A DNA stretch of 64,000 nucleotides from positions 3,092,194 through 3,156,193 of the forward strand of contig NZ_CP015125.1 in assembly GCF_001653755.1 (NCBI RefSeq), read 5' to 3'. Shown piece by piece: positions 10,745 through 23,697 of the stretch. Positions within the stretch are counted from its first letter, which is position 1, and each line of letters starts with the position of its first letter. Source of the stretch: Dokdonia donghaensis DSW-1 (lineage in GTDB: Bacteria > Bacteroidota > Bacteroidia > Flavobacteriales > Flavobacteriaceae). The notes below the pieces were generated by a model. The model had not been told where the DNA came from, did no database searches, and worked only from the letters and a program-made list of their open reading frames with translations. The position numbers were made by a program, and so were the translations under genes.

Positions 10745-11620
10745 CTATAAAGTGTTTAAAAATGCACCTATCTTTTGGTGTAGGTCATCTGTAGCTTTTA
10801 CTAGTGGTAATCTCACAAAAGGCTTGCACACACCCTGATGCGCTAGCAATGATTTAATACCTGCAGGGTTTCCCTCTTCAAAAATAAGATCTATAAGTTC
10901 AAGTATTTTAAAGTGTTCTTTATACGCTTTCGCGAAAGCGTCATTTAAACCATCATTAATAATCTCTGTAAAAACTTCTGGAATACCTTGACCTATCACA
11001 GATATCACACCACTACCTCCAGCCGAAACTAATGGCAATGAAAGTGTGTCATCTCCAGAGATCACCATAAAATCATCTGGGGTTTTGTGTATTAGCTCAA
11101 GCACCTGTGACATATCACCGGTAGCTTCTTTAATAGCTATAATATTATCAAAATCTCTTGCAAGTCTCGCCGTAGTTTCTGGTAACATATTGCTAGAAGT
11201 TCTACCTGGCACATTATAAAGTACTACTGGCAATGGGCTCGCTGTAGCTACACTTGCAAAGTGCTGGTATATTCCTTCTTGGGTTGGTTTATTATAAGCC
11301 GGAGAGACCGACAGTATAGCTTTTATACCATCATACTTACCATTTTTAAGTTCTGCTACAACTGCAGCTGTATGATTACCTCCTACACCTAGCACGATAG
11401 GCAAGCGCCCCTCTGCTACCTTTATGATATGAGCAACTACGGCCTGCTTCTCTTCACTAGATAACGTAGCACTCTCTGCCGTGGTACCTAGTGTGACAAG
11501 ATAATTTACACCGCCAGAAATACAATATTCCACCAGCTTAGTAAGTCCATTATAATCTATAGACAAATCTTCATTAAATGGTGTAACGAGAGCAACACCT
11601 GTACCCCTTAACTCCTGCAT
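10745..11620 (-). CDS. dapA: 4-hydroxy-tetrahydrodipicolinate synthase
   Basis: GVALVTPF...LVTLGTTAESATLS and Schiff-base lysine region IKEATG. 291 aa. Confidence 0.9.
   Translation of the reverse strand: MQELRGTGVALVTPFNEDLSIDYNGLTKLVEYCISGGVNYLVTLGTTAESATLSSEEKQAVVAHIIKVAEGRLPIVLGVGGNHTAAVVAELKNGKYDGIKAILSVSPAYNKPTQEGIYQHFASVATASPLPVVLYNVPGRTSSNMLPETTARLARDFDNIIAIKEATGDMSQVLELIHKTPDDFMVISGDDTLSLPLVSAGGSGVISVIGQGIPEVFTEIINDGLNDAFAKAYKEHFKILELIDLIFEEGNPAGIKSLLAHQGVCKPFVRLPLVKATDDLHQKIGAFLNTL
10924..10941. repeat. Iterated palindrome copy inside dapA (encodes AFAKA)
   Basis: ACGCTTTCGCGAAAGCGT. The protein reads DAFAKAYK. Confidence 0.9.
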
Positions 11621-12141
11621 TAATTTATAACTTTTAAAATTTTTAAATATTTTTCTAATTCTTTTGTAAAAACCACTTCTTGACCTGTAGCTACGTGTAT
11701 CGTAAGATCATTGTATGTTTCCATAGCTGGGTCAATCCCTACTTTAAACTTTGCAGCAGAGAGTGCTGTCATTGCTTTAAGTGATAAATTTTCTGGCGTG
11801 TAGTAGCTTATTAAAATATCAAAGGGAGTTGCACTAAAATCTTTGAGAGTCTTAGTTTTAAAAACTCCTTTCCACCCTACTTGCTTGTCTGAAAATAACT
11901 GTGGCTGCTCACGCTGCTCTTTTGTTAAGGTTTTCACATACTCAAGTATTGCTACATCTTTAGACTTTACTCCTATTGCTTTGCACAAAGAAGAAAGATT
12001 ATTTTGATTAAAAGGATTATCTACATCTTGTAAAATAGCAACGCTAGATACTGCAGTTGCGCTCGCCTTATAATTGCGTGCTTGTTGTGCTTTATCTATT
12101 TGTTTAATGATGGATTTTGCTTTTAATCCGGTTAAAAACAT
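11620..12141 (-). CDS. Hypothetical protein
   Basis: ORF without recognisable motifs. 1-nt overlap with the dapA start suggests co-transcription. Confidence 0.45.
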   Translation of the reverse strand: MFLTGLKAKSIIKQIDKAQQARNYKASATAVSSVAILQDVDNPFNQNNLSSLCKAIGVKSKDVAILEYVKTLTKEQREQPQLFSDKQVGWKGVFKTKTLKDFSATPFDILISYYTPENLSLKAMTALSAAKFKVGIDPAMETYNDLTIHVATGQEVVFTKELEKYLKILKVIN

Positions 12142-12198
12142 ATAACTTTACTTTTGAACAAATGTAGATAAAATTTACTGCTACCTACGCCATAAATT

Positions 12199-12972
12199 AT
12201 GAGGAGGACCACGCTTTTAACTATCATCTATGCGATTGTTATATATACAACAGCAATCTCTTGTAAGGAAGAATCTCACTACGCTCCAGAGCGCATAAAA
12301 GGTGAAATTATCCTTGTAAATCAAAATAGCCCAACGAGTGAAGAAATAACTCAAGCCATACTTCCATACAAGGAAGCTATACAGGCAGAAATGGATAGTG
12401 TGCTAGCCATTGCACCAGCATCGTACACAAAAAAGGATGGCAAGCTCAACACAGCAGTAGGCAATATGATGGCAGATGCTGTTTATGAAATGGCAAACCC
12501 TATATTTCAAAAAAGAACTGGATATCCCTTTAACGCAGTGCTTCTCAATTATGGAGGCATACGCTCTGCTCTTAATAAAGGAAACATCACCACCAGAACC
12601 GCCTACGAGATAATGCCTTTTGAAAACGAAGTGGTTGTCGTAGAGCTTAGTGGTAAGCAAATGAGATCTCTTTTTGAATATTTAAAAGGTGGAAGTGCAC
12701 ATCCCATCGCAGGTATGGAGATACAACTTTCTGCCACAGGTGATCTTTTAAAAACACAAGTGCAAGGTCAAGATATTAATGATAACGAGACTTACTTTAT
12801 CGCAACTAGCGACTACCTCAAGAATGGTGGTGACCATATGACCTTTTTTGAAAACCCGGTAAGCACGCTTACGCTAGATTACAAAATAAGAAATGTGCTC
12901 ATCGATTATTTTAAAAAATACGACACCATCGCACCCGTAAGAGATAACAGATTTACAAGAGATAGCAAATGA
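12199..12972 (+). CDS. 5'-nucleotidase C-terminal-domain lipoprotein
   Basis: Lipobox AISCKEE. Substrate-binding domain features of the UshA-family C-terminal domain (YGGIRSALNKG, ATSDYL..GGD). Confidence 0.65.
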   Translation: MRRTTLLTIIYAIVIYTTAISCKEESHYAPERIKGEIILVNQNSPTSEEITQAILPYKEAIQAEMDSVLAIAPASYTKKDGKLNTAVGNMMADAVYEMANPIFQKRTGYPFNAVLLNYGGIRSALNKGNITTRTAYEIMPFENEVVVVELSGKQMRSLFEYLKGGSAHPIAGMEIQLSATGDLLKTQVQGQDINDNETYFIATSDYLKNGGDHMTFFENPVSTLTLDYKIRNVLIDYFKKYDTIAPVRDNRFTRDSK

Positions 12973-13892
12973 TACGTAGAACTTTTATAAAACAAACCGC
13001 CGCAGCAACAAGTCTTGTAGGATTAGGAGGGTTAACAATGAGTATGGGTGTAGATACGCTTTCGCGAAAGCAAAAAAAGCACATCACCATTTTACACACT
13101 AACGATGTACATAGCCACGTTGAGCCCTTCCCTTCTAACGATCCAAAATATGCAAATCTAGGTGGTGCTGCCAGAAGAATGGGAGTTATCACGGCTGTAC
13201 GTAAAGAAAACCCAAACACATTACTTCTTGATGCGGGTGATATCTTTCAGGGTACTCCTTACTTTAATTTTTATGGAGGTGAGCTTGAGTTTAAACTTAT
13301 GTCTATGATGGGATATGATGCCGCTACCATAGGTAATCACGATTTTGACAATGGCATAGGTGGGCTAGCTGCACAAATGCCTAATGCATCTTTTGAACTT
13401 CTTACAGCAAATTATGACTTCTCAAATACCATAATGGATGGACTTACAAAGCCTTATAAGGTTTTTGTAAAAGATGGGATACGCATTGGTGTTTTTGGTC
13501 TAGGGATAGAACTTAATGGTCTCGTTAATAAAAATATGTTTAAAGAAACCAAATACCTAGATCCTGTCGAGATGGCCACAGACACCGCAAATACACTCAG
13601 ACAAAAAGAACGTTGTGACATTGTTATCTGTCTTTCTCACCTAGGCTATGAGTATCGCAGTAAAGACATTATCTCAGACGTAGCGCTCGCCAGAAAGACA
13701 GAAGGAATAGATCTTATTATAGGTGGACACACACATACCTTCTTAAAAAAGCCAACTATCGCACAGAACAAATCAGGAAAGTTTGTGCTTATAAATCAGG
13801 TGGGCTGGGGAGGCATTAACCTAGGAAGAATAGATTTTTATCTAGATGATGCAAAAAATATAGAGAGTAGAAGCCTCGTGCTTGATATATAA
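12969..13892 (+). CDS. Metallophosphatase (5'-nucleotidase N-terminal catalytic domain), Tat signal
   Basis: Twin-arginine motif RRTFIK. Calcineurin-like motifs DVHSH, GDIFQG, GNHDFD and GGHTH. ATGA overlap with the preceding gene. Confidence 0.75.
   Translation: MIRRTFIKQTAAATSLVGLGGLTMSMGVDTLSRKQKKHITILHTNDVHSHVEPFPSNDPKYANLGGAARRMGVITAVRKENPNTLLLDAGDIFQGTPYFNFYGGELEFKLMSMMGYDAATIGNHDFDNGIGGLAAQMPNASFELLTANYDFSNTIMDGLTKPYKVFVKDGIRIGVFGLGIELNGLVNKNMFKETKYLDPVEMATDTANTLRQKERCDIVICLSHLGYEYRSKDIISDVALARKTEGIDLIIGGHTHTFLKKPTIAQNKSGKFVLINQVGWGGINLGRIDFYLDDAKNIESRSLVLDI
13058..13071. repeat. Iterated palindrome core inside the metallophosphatase gene (frame LSRK)
   Basis: GCTTTCGCGAAAGC. The protein reads DTLSRKQKK. 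Confidence 0.9.
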
Positions 13893-13893
13893 T

Positions 13894-16654
<2,761 letters not shown>

Positions 16655-16673
16655 CTATTTATTATATAAAAAG

Positions 16674-17375
16674 TTAGTCTTCTATAAATAGATTTCTAAC
16701 TAATGCAGCACAAATACCACCTGCAATAGGTGTAACAATAAATAACCATAACTGGCTCATCGCTTTACCCCCAGCAAATAGTGCAGGACCCAAACTTCTT
16801 GCAGGATTTACTGATGTACCTGTGATAGGGATTGCAACCATATGTATTAATGCTAAAGAAATTCCAATAGCTAGACCTGCCATAAGAGGAGATGCATTTT
16901 TTGCCGTTGTTCCAAAAATCACGAGTAAAAACAAAAATGTAAATACAAACTCTGCAATGAGAGCAGATGTCATATTATAATTACCCAGATAGCCTTCACC
17001 CCAGCCATTACTACCTAGGCCCCACTCTGGCATAGTAAAACCAGCACTTCCAGAGGCTAGTAGATATAATACCCCTGCAGCTAGTATCGCTCCAATGCAT
17101 TGTGATATCACATACCCCACCGTATCTTTTGCGCTAAGTTTACCCGCAACAAGCATTGCAATTGAGATAGCTGGATTAATATGACAACCAGAAATTGGAC
17201 CAATAGCATATGCCATCACAACTACCGAAAATCCAAAAGCAAGTGAGATACCTAAGAGTCCTATTCCTTCTGGACCAGATTGTGAGACACTAGCAATAGT
17301 TGCCGCTCCACAACCAAACAAAACCAAGGCAAATGTGCCCAAACCTTCTGCAAAAAATTTTTTCTTTGTGTTCAT
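16674..17375 (-). CDS. aqpZ: Aquaporin Z / MIP-family water channel
   Basis: Two NPA boxes (HINPAISIAM and SVNPARSLG) across six TM helices. Confidence 0.88.
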   Translation of the reverse strand: MNTKKKFFAEGLGTFALVLFGCGAATIASVSQSGPEGIGLLGISLAFGFSVVVMAYAIGPISGCHINPAISIAMLVAGKLSAKDTVGYVISQCIGAILAAGVLYLLASGSAGFTMPEWGLGSNGWGEGYLGNYNMTSALIAEFVFTFLFLLVIFGTTAKNASPLMAGLAIGISLALIHMVAIPITGTSVNPARSLGPALFAGGKAMSQLWLFIVTPIAGGICAALVRNLFIED

Positions 17376-17521
17376 TTGTAAATAATTGTTTTAGTTAATT
17401 ACTACAAACTAGACATTTTTAGACAAAAGCTTAAACAAAATAAAGACACCTCTCAAGTAATAGACAAAAAACGCTTTTGCATCGCTTAAGAGTAAACTAC
17501 GTGTAAACTAACGCAGTCAAA

Positions 17522-18118
17522 CTACTCGTTTTCAGACAACGAAGCTTTTAACCACTTAGGCATTGCCATAGGCTCAAAGTTCTCCATCTGATTAAGAAGA
17601 CCATCAATAGTAGTATCTACAAGAAGGATATCATAATTTTCTTGTTTAAGAAAACCTTTGTCTACCATATTTTTAAGTGCACTTAGAAGATCATCATAAA
17701 AGCCATTTACATTGAGCATCCCCACAGGCTTTTTATGCAACGCTAGCTGGCTCCAAGTAAGCACCTCAAAGAGTTCTTCCATCGTTCCAAAACCACCAGG
17801 AAGCGTGATAAAACCGTCAGACAGTTCTTGGAGCTTCATCTTGCGCTCGTGCATCGTCTCATTTACGATAAGCTCTGTAAGTCCCGTATGCACCACTTCT
17901 TTAATTTGTAAAAATGCTGGTATCACTCCTATTACTTTGCCATTTGCATCAAGTGCTCCCTGAGCAACTGCTCCCATCACACCTATTTTGGCAGCACCAT
18001 ATACGAGTGTCATATCCTTTTTTGCCAGTGTGGCTCCTAGCAAGCGGGCTTGGTTTATAATCTCTGGATCAGTTCCTGCACTGCTACCACAGTACACACA
18101 AATAGATGCTAACTTCAT
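17522..18118 (-). CDS. LOG-family cytokinin riboside 5'-monophosphate phosphoribohydrolase-like protein (TIGR00730)
   Basis: VYCGSS...VYGGAKIGVMG...GGFGTMEEL are LOG-family motifs. Confidence 0.82.
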   Translation of the reverse strand: MKLASICVYCGSSAGTDPEIINQARLLGATLAKKDMTLVYGAAKIGVMGAVAQGALDANGKVIGVIPAFLQIKEVVHTGLTELIVNETMHERKMKLQELSDGFITLPGGFGTMEELFEVLTWSQLALHKKPVGMLNVNGFYDDLLSALKNMVDKGFLKQENYDILLVDTTIDGLLNQMENFEPMAMPKWLKASLSENE

Positions 18119-18170
18119 ACGATTTCTTTTTTTTCTAACAGTCTCTTTTAATAATCAAACGCACTTAGGT

Positions 18171-19067
18171 TTAAGCCATACACGCCTTAATCGACCTATC
18201 TTTACCAAACATATCTTTCCTAAGCACAACATCTGTAAAGCCTATATCTTTTAACAACGCTACAGTCTCTCTACCTAGATATTCATTAATCTCAAAATAT
18301 AGAGCTCCTGCGGGTGCTAAGCTTTTACTGGCCAGCTCTCCAATCTTTCTGTAAAAAATAAGAGGATCTTGATCTGAAACAAACAGTGCACTATCTGGCT
18401 CATTGCTCAGCACGTTTGCTCTCATCATTGCCTTTTCTTGCTCGCGCACATACGGTGGATTGCTCACGATAACATTATAAACCTCATCAAGCGCTTGCGT
18501 CTCAAGAATATTCTGGTTATAAAAGTCTACTTTCACCCCATTTGCCTTAGCATTTTGATATGCTGTGGCAAGCGCATTTTGAGAGATATCTACCGCTTCT
18601 ACTGTTGCTTTATTGATATTTTTTGCAAGCGTAATGGCTATACAGCCAGAACCAGTACCTATGTCTAAAAGACGTAGCATATCTTGTGCTTCCCCTTTTA
18701 ATAGACCTTGCGCCACATCATCTATAATCCAGGCAACGAGTTCTTCGGTTTCTGGTCTAGGTATTAACGTAGCAGGATTTACTTGAAAGTCAAGCCCGTA
18801 AAATGACGAGCTACCTGTGATATATTGTATAGGCTCACTCTTAGACAGTCTAGCTGTTATTTCTTCGAGCTCTACACGTTGTGAGGGGTGTATGTTTTGC
18901 TTTCGCGAAAGCGAGATCTCAACCCTATTCATTTTTAATACGTGCTCAAGCGTTAAGAAACAGAGGTTCTCGACCTCTTCTGGCTCATAAAGTGCTGCCA
19001 GTTGCTCCCTAAAATATGCGCGAAAATCGTCTATACTCATAATGTAATAAGCATATGAACGGGACAC
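18171..19067 (-). CDS. prmC: Release-factor glutamine N5-methyltransferase
   Basis: NPPY motif (VSNPPYV) and SAM-binding LDIGTGSGCIA. The true start may be the second Met (around 19040). Confidence 0.82.
   Translation of the reverse strand: MSRSYAYYIMSIDDFRAYFREQLAALYEPEEVENLCFLTLEHVLKMNRVEISLSRKQNIHPSQRVELEEITARLSKSEPIQYITGSSSFYGLDFQVNPATLIPRPETEELVAWIIDDVAQGLLKGEAQDMLRLLDIGTGSGCIAITLAKNINKATVEAVDISQNALATAYQNAKANGVKVDFYNQNILETQALDEVYNVIVSNPPYVREQEKAMMRANVLSNEPDSALFVSDQDPLIFYRKIGELASKSLAPAGALYFEINEYLGRETVALLKDIGFTDVVLRKDMFGKDRSIKACMA
18899..18912. repeat. Iterated palindrome core inside prmC (frame LSRK)
   Basis: GCTTTCGCGAAAGC. The protein reads ISLSRKQNI. Confidence 0.9.
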
Positions 19068-19522
19068 GAAAAGTGACCAGTGTTACCCATAGGCCCATCT
19101 ATATAGTCAAAACCGGTGCGCTTGTATAATTTTTGTGCTGCCTCCATATAAGGCATCGTCTCCAGATAGCATTGCTCAAACCCAAAATCTCGAGCCGTAT
19201 CTAGGCACTTCTTCATCATAGCCGACCCTAGACCCTTGCCTCGCGCTTCTTCTAAGAAATACATCTTTTGCAACTCGCACACATTACCGTCATAATTATC
19301 AAGTTGTGCGATGCCCGCACAGCCTATTACCGCACCATTATCTTCTACCACAAAATAGGCAGCTTTAGGCCTGTCGTAATGTTCATACATAGTATCTAGC
19401 GCCTCATCTGCATAAGCGGTTCCTACCTTTGGAGCGCCCATATCTACCAGCACCTTGCGCACTACGGCCGCAACCTGTGCATTATCTTCCTTTTGAATAG
19501 GTCTAATGATTGGTTTGTTCAT
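19037..19522 (-). CDS. GNAT-family N-acetyltransferase
   Basis: Acetyl-CoA-binding motif region RGKGLGSAMM. Start placed at MNKPIIRP because the ORF-track N-terminal extension is unlikely. Confidence 0.68.
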   Translation of the reverse strand: MNKPIIRPIQKEDNAQVAAVVRKVLVDMGAPKVGTAYADEALDTMYEHYDRPKAAYFVVEDNGAVIGCAGIAQLDNYDGNVCELQKMYFLEEARGKGLGSAMMKKCLDTARDFGFEQCYLETMPYMEAAQKLYKRTGFDYIDGPMGNTGHFSCPVHMLITL

Positions 19523-19548
19523 CACTATTAAACGTTTACTTTTGCGAT

Positions 19549-20550
19549 GTGAAGATACACAACACCTATATAAAAAGATGTATTGCCCTGGCAAAAAATG
19601 GGCTTCCGGCAGCAATGCCTAACCCCTCGGTAGGAGCAGTACTCGTGCATAATGACACGATTATTGCAGAAGGTTATACAAGTGCATATGGCGGTCCTCA
19701 CGCAGAGGTAAATTGTATCGCTTTCGCGAAAGCGAATACCCCAGAACTCATTGCAAAGTCCACCTTATACGTTTCGCTAGAACCTTGCTCACACTGGGGA
19801 AAAACCCCTCCTTGTGCAGATCTCGTTATAGACTCAGGAATAAAACGCGTAGTGATAGGCACCATAGACCCTTTTGCCAAAGTCGCCGGCGCCGGTATAA
19901 AAAAACTGATGCAAGCTGGAGTTGATGTGACCGTAGGTGTGCTTGATAAAGAATGTCAAGATGTAAACAAGCGCTTCTTCACCTATCACAATGAGAAGCG
20001 ACCATTTATAATTTTAAAATGGGCCGAAACCGCAAATGGTTTTATAGCTCCTGCTACCAGAGATAAGCAAGAACCGGTGTGGATTACAAACTCCCACTCT
20101 AGACAACTAGTGCACAAACTACGTAGCGAGGAGATGGGAATCTTAGTGGGCGGCAAGACCGTTATAGAAGATAATCCTACACTTACCACACGTGACTGGC
20201 ACGGCAGCAACCCGACTAGAATCGTGATTGACACACAAGGCAACCTATCTAAGGAGCTACACATATTTAATAATGAAGCTCCTACAATAGTGCTCAACGA
20301 CAGTGACCCAAAAAGTATCTGTAAAGAGCTTTTTGAGCATAACATACAATCTGTTATTGTAGAAGGTGGCGCTGCTACCCTACAAGGCTTTATAGATACA
20401 GCTTTATGGGATGAAGCGAGGGTGTTTACAGGCCTTACAAACTTTAATGCAGGTATAAAGGCTCCCAAAAAAACAAGCCAATTTACACTACAATCTAGTC
20501 AACACATACAAGGTGACAGGTTAGATACTTACACACGCAGCGACTCTTGA
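19549..20550 (+). CDS. ribD: Bifunctional riboflavin biosynthesis deaminase/reductase
   Basis: CMP/dCMP deaminase zinc motifs HAEVNCI and LEPCSHWGKTPPC. C-terminal RibG reductase domain. Probable GTG start at 19549; the ORF-track ATG at 19510 is an alternative. Confidence 0.85.
   Translation: MKIHNTYIKRCIALAKNGLPAAMPNPSVGAVLVHNDTIIAEGYTSAYGGPHAEVNCIAFAKANTPELIAKSTLYVSLEPCSHWGKTPPCADLVIDSGIKRVVIGTIDPFAKVAGAGIKKLMQAGVDVTVGVLDKECQDVNKRFFTYHNEKRPFIILKWAETANGFIAPATRDKQEPVWITNSHSRQLVHKLRSEEMGILVGGKTVIEDNPTLTTRDWHGSNPTRIVIDTQGNLSKELHIFNNEAPTIVLNDSDPKSICKELFEHNIQSVIVEGGAATLQGFIDTALWDEARVFTGLTNFNAGIKAPKKTSQFTLQSSQHIQGDRLDTYTRSDS
19718..19735. repeat. Iterated palindrome copy inside ribD (encodes AFAKA)
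   Basis: TCGCTTTCGCGAAAGCGA. The protein reads CIAFAKANT. Confidence 0.9.
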
Positions 20551-21416
20551 TTTACTTATTACTAAGCATAGCGGCTTCCAGTCTCATATTTGTAATCTTC
20601 AAGTTATTTTCAAAATTTGAAGTAAATACTTTGCAAGCCATTATCGTAAACTATGTGGTGGCCTTTACTTGCGGCATCTTGTTATATGAGGGCGGTACGA
20701 CACTAGCACAAATTCCAGAGCAGGAGTGGTTTTATGCATCAGCTGGGCTAGGTGTACTCTTTATTATCGTATTTAACTTAATGGCATACACCACACAAAA
20801 GAGTGGGCTCTCTGTAGTATCGGTTGCGACCAAAATGAGTGTAGGGATTCCCATACTTTTTGGCGTTTTCTATTACAACGAGTCGCTAGGCCTCTACAAG
20901 AGCCTTGGGATCATACTGGCTTTAATAGCCGTTTATCTCGCCTCTGTAAAAGCAAAAGATGGAATTGCTATAAAGAAAGAAAACCTCATCTTCCCAATTC
21001 TTGTGTTCTTAGGTAGTGGCGCGATAGATACTAGTCTTAAGTTTATAGAGGGTGCTTATGTAAGTGATGGAGATGTACCTATCTTTAGTGCAACTATCTT
21101 TGGCGCTGCTGCTTGTATTGGCTTTTTAATTATAGGGTATCAAATCATTACTAAGACATTTACATTTAAGCTCAAAAATATTGTGGCTGGTGTCTGTCTG
21201 GGTATACCTAACTATTTTTCTATCTATATGCTTGTGCAGGCTCTGCGAGACCCAAGATTTGACAGCTCTACACTCTTTACCATAAATAATGTTGCTATTG
21301 TGATGGTAAGTACCTTTATAGGAATCTTGTTTTTTAAGGAAAAACTTCTCCTCAAAAACTGGATAGGTATTGCACTTGCCGTGGCGAGTATTTTGCTAGT
21401 AAGTTTATTTAATTAG
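20547..21416 (+). CDS. EamA/DMT-family transporter
   Basis: Ten hydrophobic segments in two halves. 4-nt overlap with ribD. Confidence 0.65.
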   Translation: MIYLLLSIAASSLIFVIFKLFSKFEVNTLQAIIVNYVVAFTCGILLYEGGTTLAQIPEQEWFYASAGLGVLFIIVFNLMAYTTQKSGLSVVSVATKMSVGIPILFGVFYYNESLGLYKSLGIILALIAVYLASVKAKDGIAIKKENLIFPILVFLGSGAIDTSLKFIEGAYVSDGDVPIFSATIFGAAACIGFLIIGYQIITKTFTFKLKNIVAGVCLGIPNYFSIYMLVQALRDPRFDSSTLFTINNVAIVMVSTFIGILFFKEKLLLKNWIGIALAVASILLVSLFN

Positions 21417-21435
21417 AAAATAATTATATTTTTTT

Positions 21436-21455
21436 TACGCTTTCGCGAAAGCGTA
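21436..21455. repeat. Perfect 20-bp palindrome TACGCTTTCGCGAAAGCGTA, intergenic, 20 nt 3' of the EamA transporter gene
   Basis: Seen directly in the sequence. Terminator-like position. Confidence 0.9.
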
Positions 21456-21602
21456 CTCAACCACCCTCGCCCTATAATTTCACTAGCCTTGTTTATTTAA
21501 ATATCACCCTAAAACCCCGTTATTAAAGGGATTACAACATACAAGCTCTGTAACATTTTACAAAACACCTCAACATATCTATGTAACCAAAATGAAAATG
21601 AT

Positions 21603-21911
21603 ATGGGATTCGGTGGAGCAGCTCTTGCAGCAAATCAAGTAATAAAAAACAATAGAAACCTTCTTAAGCAAAAGCGTAAGAGAGGTGATCTATCTTTTGT
21701 ATCTACTGTAAACGAAAAGTGGGAAGATCCTAAAAAAGCGTCTTTTGATCAACTTATGGAAATACGTAAACGTATACGTAGAGATAACAAACGCTATAGA
21801 CGTAAGGTTCTAATCGTGACAATTATTGCCTTTATACTATTGGTGCTTGCGATAGCTGTAATACCTTGGGATCTCATTTTTACAAATGGATTTAATCCTC
21901 ATAAGTATTAA
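21603..21911 (+). CDS. Small basic protein with C-terminal TM anchor, hypothetical
   Basis: Lys/Arg-rich N-terminal region followed by one TM helix (LIVTIIAFILLVLAIAVI). No homolog recognised. Confidence 0.35.
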   Translation: MGFGGAALAANQVIKNNRNLLKQKRKRGDLSFVSTVNEKWEDPKKASFDQLMEIRKRIRRDNKRYRRKVLIVTIIAFILLVLAIAVIPWDLIFTNGFNPHKY

Positions 21912-21925
21912 TACCAAATCACAAA

Positions 21926-23101
21926 TTACTCTCTACGGTACTGCCTTGTCTCTTCAAAAACGTGATCAAGTATAGCGATGTCTTGTTCTGTAAGTTCTAT
22001 GTCACGACGTGCCATTGCTATTTTTGCCGTCTCGTAGGCCTTATTTGTTTTGTGCGTTACAAATCCACTAGCACCTCCCCAAGAAAATGAAGGAACAAAA
22101 TTACGTGGAAAACCACTCCCAAAAATATTAGAAGCTACACCCACTACGGTACCGGTATTAAACATTGTATTAATACCACACTTAGAGTGGTCACCCATCA
22201 TAAGACCACAAAACTGTAGCCCTGTATTTGCAAAGCGACCTGTCTCATAATCCCATAACTTTACGGGAGCATAATTATTTTTAAGGTTTGAGTTGTTTGA
22301 ATCTGCACCTATGTTACACCATTCTCCCAGCACACTATTCCCTAAAAAGCCATCGTGACCCTTTGAAGAGTACCCCATAAGCACGGCGTTATTCACCTCT
22401 CCTCCTACTTTACAGTGAGGACCTAAAGTGGTGCCGCTATAAATTTTGGCGCCCATTTTCACAGCTCCGTGATCACATACTGCAAAAGGTCCTCTTATGA
22501 GGGCACCTTCCATAATCTGGGCATCTTTACCTATATAAATAGGACCATCTGTCGCATTAAGATGTGAGTAGTGAACTGTTGCTCCTTCCTCAATAAATAT
22601 TTGACCTTTATTTATTGCTATTACGTGCTCCGGAATGTCTTGAGACTCTCTATCTTCGGTAAGCATCTCAAAATCTCTGGTGATTGCTTCTCCGTTTTTG
22701 GCAAAAATATCCCAAGTATGGGCTACCGTAAGAATATCTGGAGCAGTGTATTGTATACAGTCATAGGTGTCAAAATCTACTTCTTCACCCTCCCTTACAT
22801 AAAAGGCAATGATTTCTTCTCCATCAAAAATGGCTTGTTGTGGTTCTAGGCCTTTAATAATCTGGGTGAGATTAGGAGAAGGGAGATATGATGCATTAAT
22901 CATCACATTTACCTCCAGCTCTACCATAGGCCATCTTTCTGAGAGATACTCTTCTGTAACGGTAGAGGTTGTAGAACCTAGTACAAACTCCCATTTCTCA
23001 CGTATGGTAAGTATCCCTATGCGCAAGTCTGCTACGGGTTTTGTATAAGTAAAAGGTAAAAGTTGATTGCGTACGTTACCGTCAAAAAGGATATAGTTCA
23101 T
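21926..23101 (-). CDS. Putative sugar nucleotidyltransferase / GlmU-like left-handed beta-helix protein
   Basis: C-terminal hexapeptide-repeat region (GxxVxIG-like repeats). The N-terminal MNYILFDGNVRNQLLPFTY resembles the TIGR03991-type family. Confidence 0.55.
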   Translation of the reverse strand: MNYILFDGNVRNQLLPFTYTKPVADLRIGILTIREKWEFVLGSTTSTVTEEYLSERWPMVELEVNVMINASYLPSPNLTQIIKGLEPQQAIFDGEEIIAFYVREGEEVDFDTYDCIQYTAPDILTVAHTWDIFAKNGEAITRDFEMLTEDRESQDIPEHVIAINKGQIFIEEGATVHYSHLNATDGPIYIGKDAQIMEGALIRGPFAVCDHGAVKMGAKIYSGTTLGPHCKVGGEVNNAVLMGYSSKGHDGFLGNSVLGEWCNIGADSNNSNLKNNYAPVKLWDYETGRFANTGLQFCGLMMGDHSKCGINTMFNTGTVVGVASNIFGSGFPRNFVPSFSWGGASGFVTHKTNKAYETAKIAMARRDIELTEQDIAILDHVFEETRQYRRE

Positions 23102-23232
23102 CTCTAAGTACTGTTAGTCTGTTGTAAAAAATCGATTGCAAAAATGAGCATTGACTTATACCGCAAATGTAAAGACTCTTAGATAAAGAAATGTATCTAG
23201 TTATAAAGAATACACACTAGTACAACTGTGTC

Positions 23233-23697
23233 TTACTTCTTCTTTTTTACAAGAATCGTCCACTCAAAGTTAAACTCAGAAACCCGCACACCGTCTTTGT
23301 TTGTCCCTACAGCTTTCATCCAGCAGGTTTGACCCTCACCAGTAGCAACGGCTTTATCTATAGCCTCTTTAATCTGAGGGCCATTATCACACACAAAGTG
23401 TATTCTGCCCGTTGCTTTTTTTGTAAAAGTGGCATTATTATTTGCCACAAGCATCGATATTTTTTTTCCACTCTTTTGTATGTGTGCAATAACAAGTGCT
23501 CCTGTAGCAAGCTCTGCAGCCATACCCTGTACTGCCCAAAACATACTATTAAAAGGATTTTGATTAATCCAGCGATGTTTTACTGTGGTTGTACAAGACT
23601 CTGGTGATAATGACTTAACACGCACTCCCGTAAGCCACGCAGAGGGTAGCTTAAACATTGTGAACGTATTGAATTTACTAGGTGTAGGAAAGGACAT
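23233..23697 (-). CDS. Hot-dog fold thioesterase-like protein (DUF4442-like)
   Basis: About 150 aa. Pattern consistent with the PaaI/DUF4442 hot-dog fold (low confidence). Confidence 0.45.
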   Translation of the reverse strand: MSFPTPSKFNTFTMFKLPSAWLTGVRVKSLSPESCTTTVKHRWINQNPFNSMFWAVQGMAAELATGALVIAHIQKSGKKISMLVANNNATFTKKATGRIHFVCDNGPQIKEAIDKAVATGEGQTCWMKAVGTNKDGVRVSEFNFEWTILVKKKK

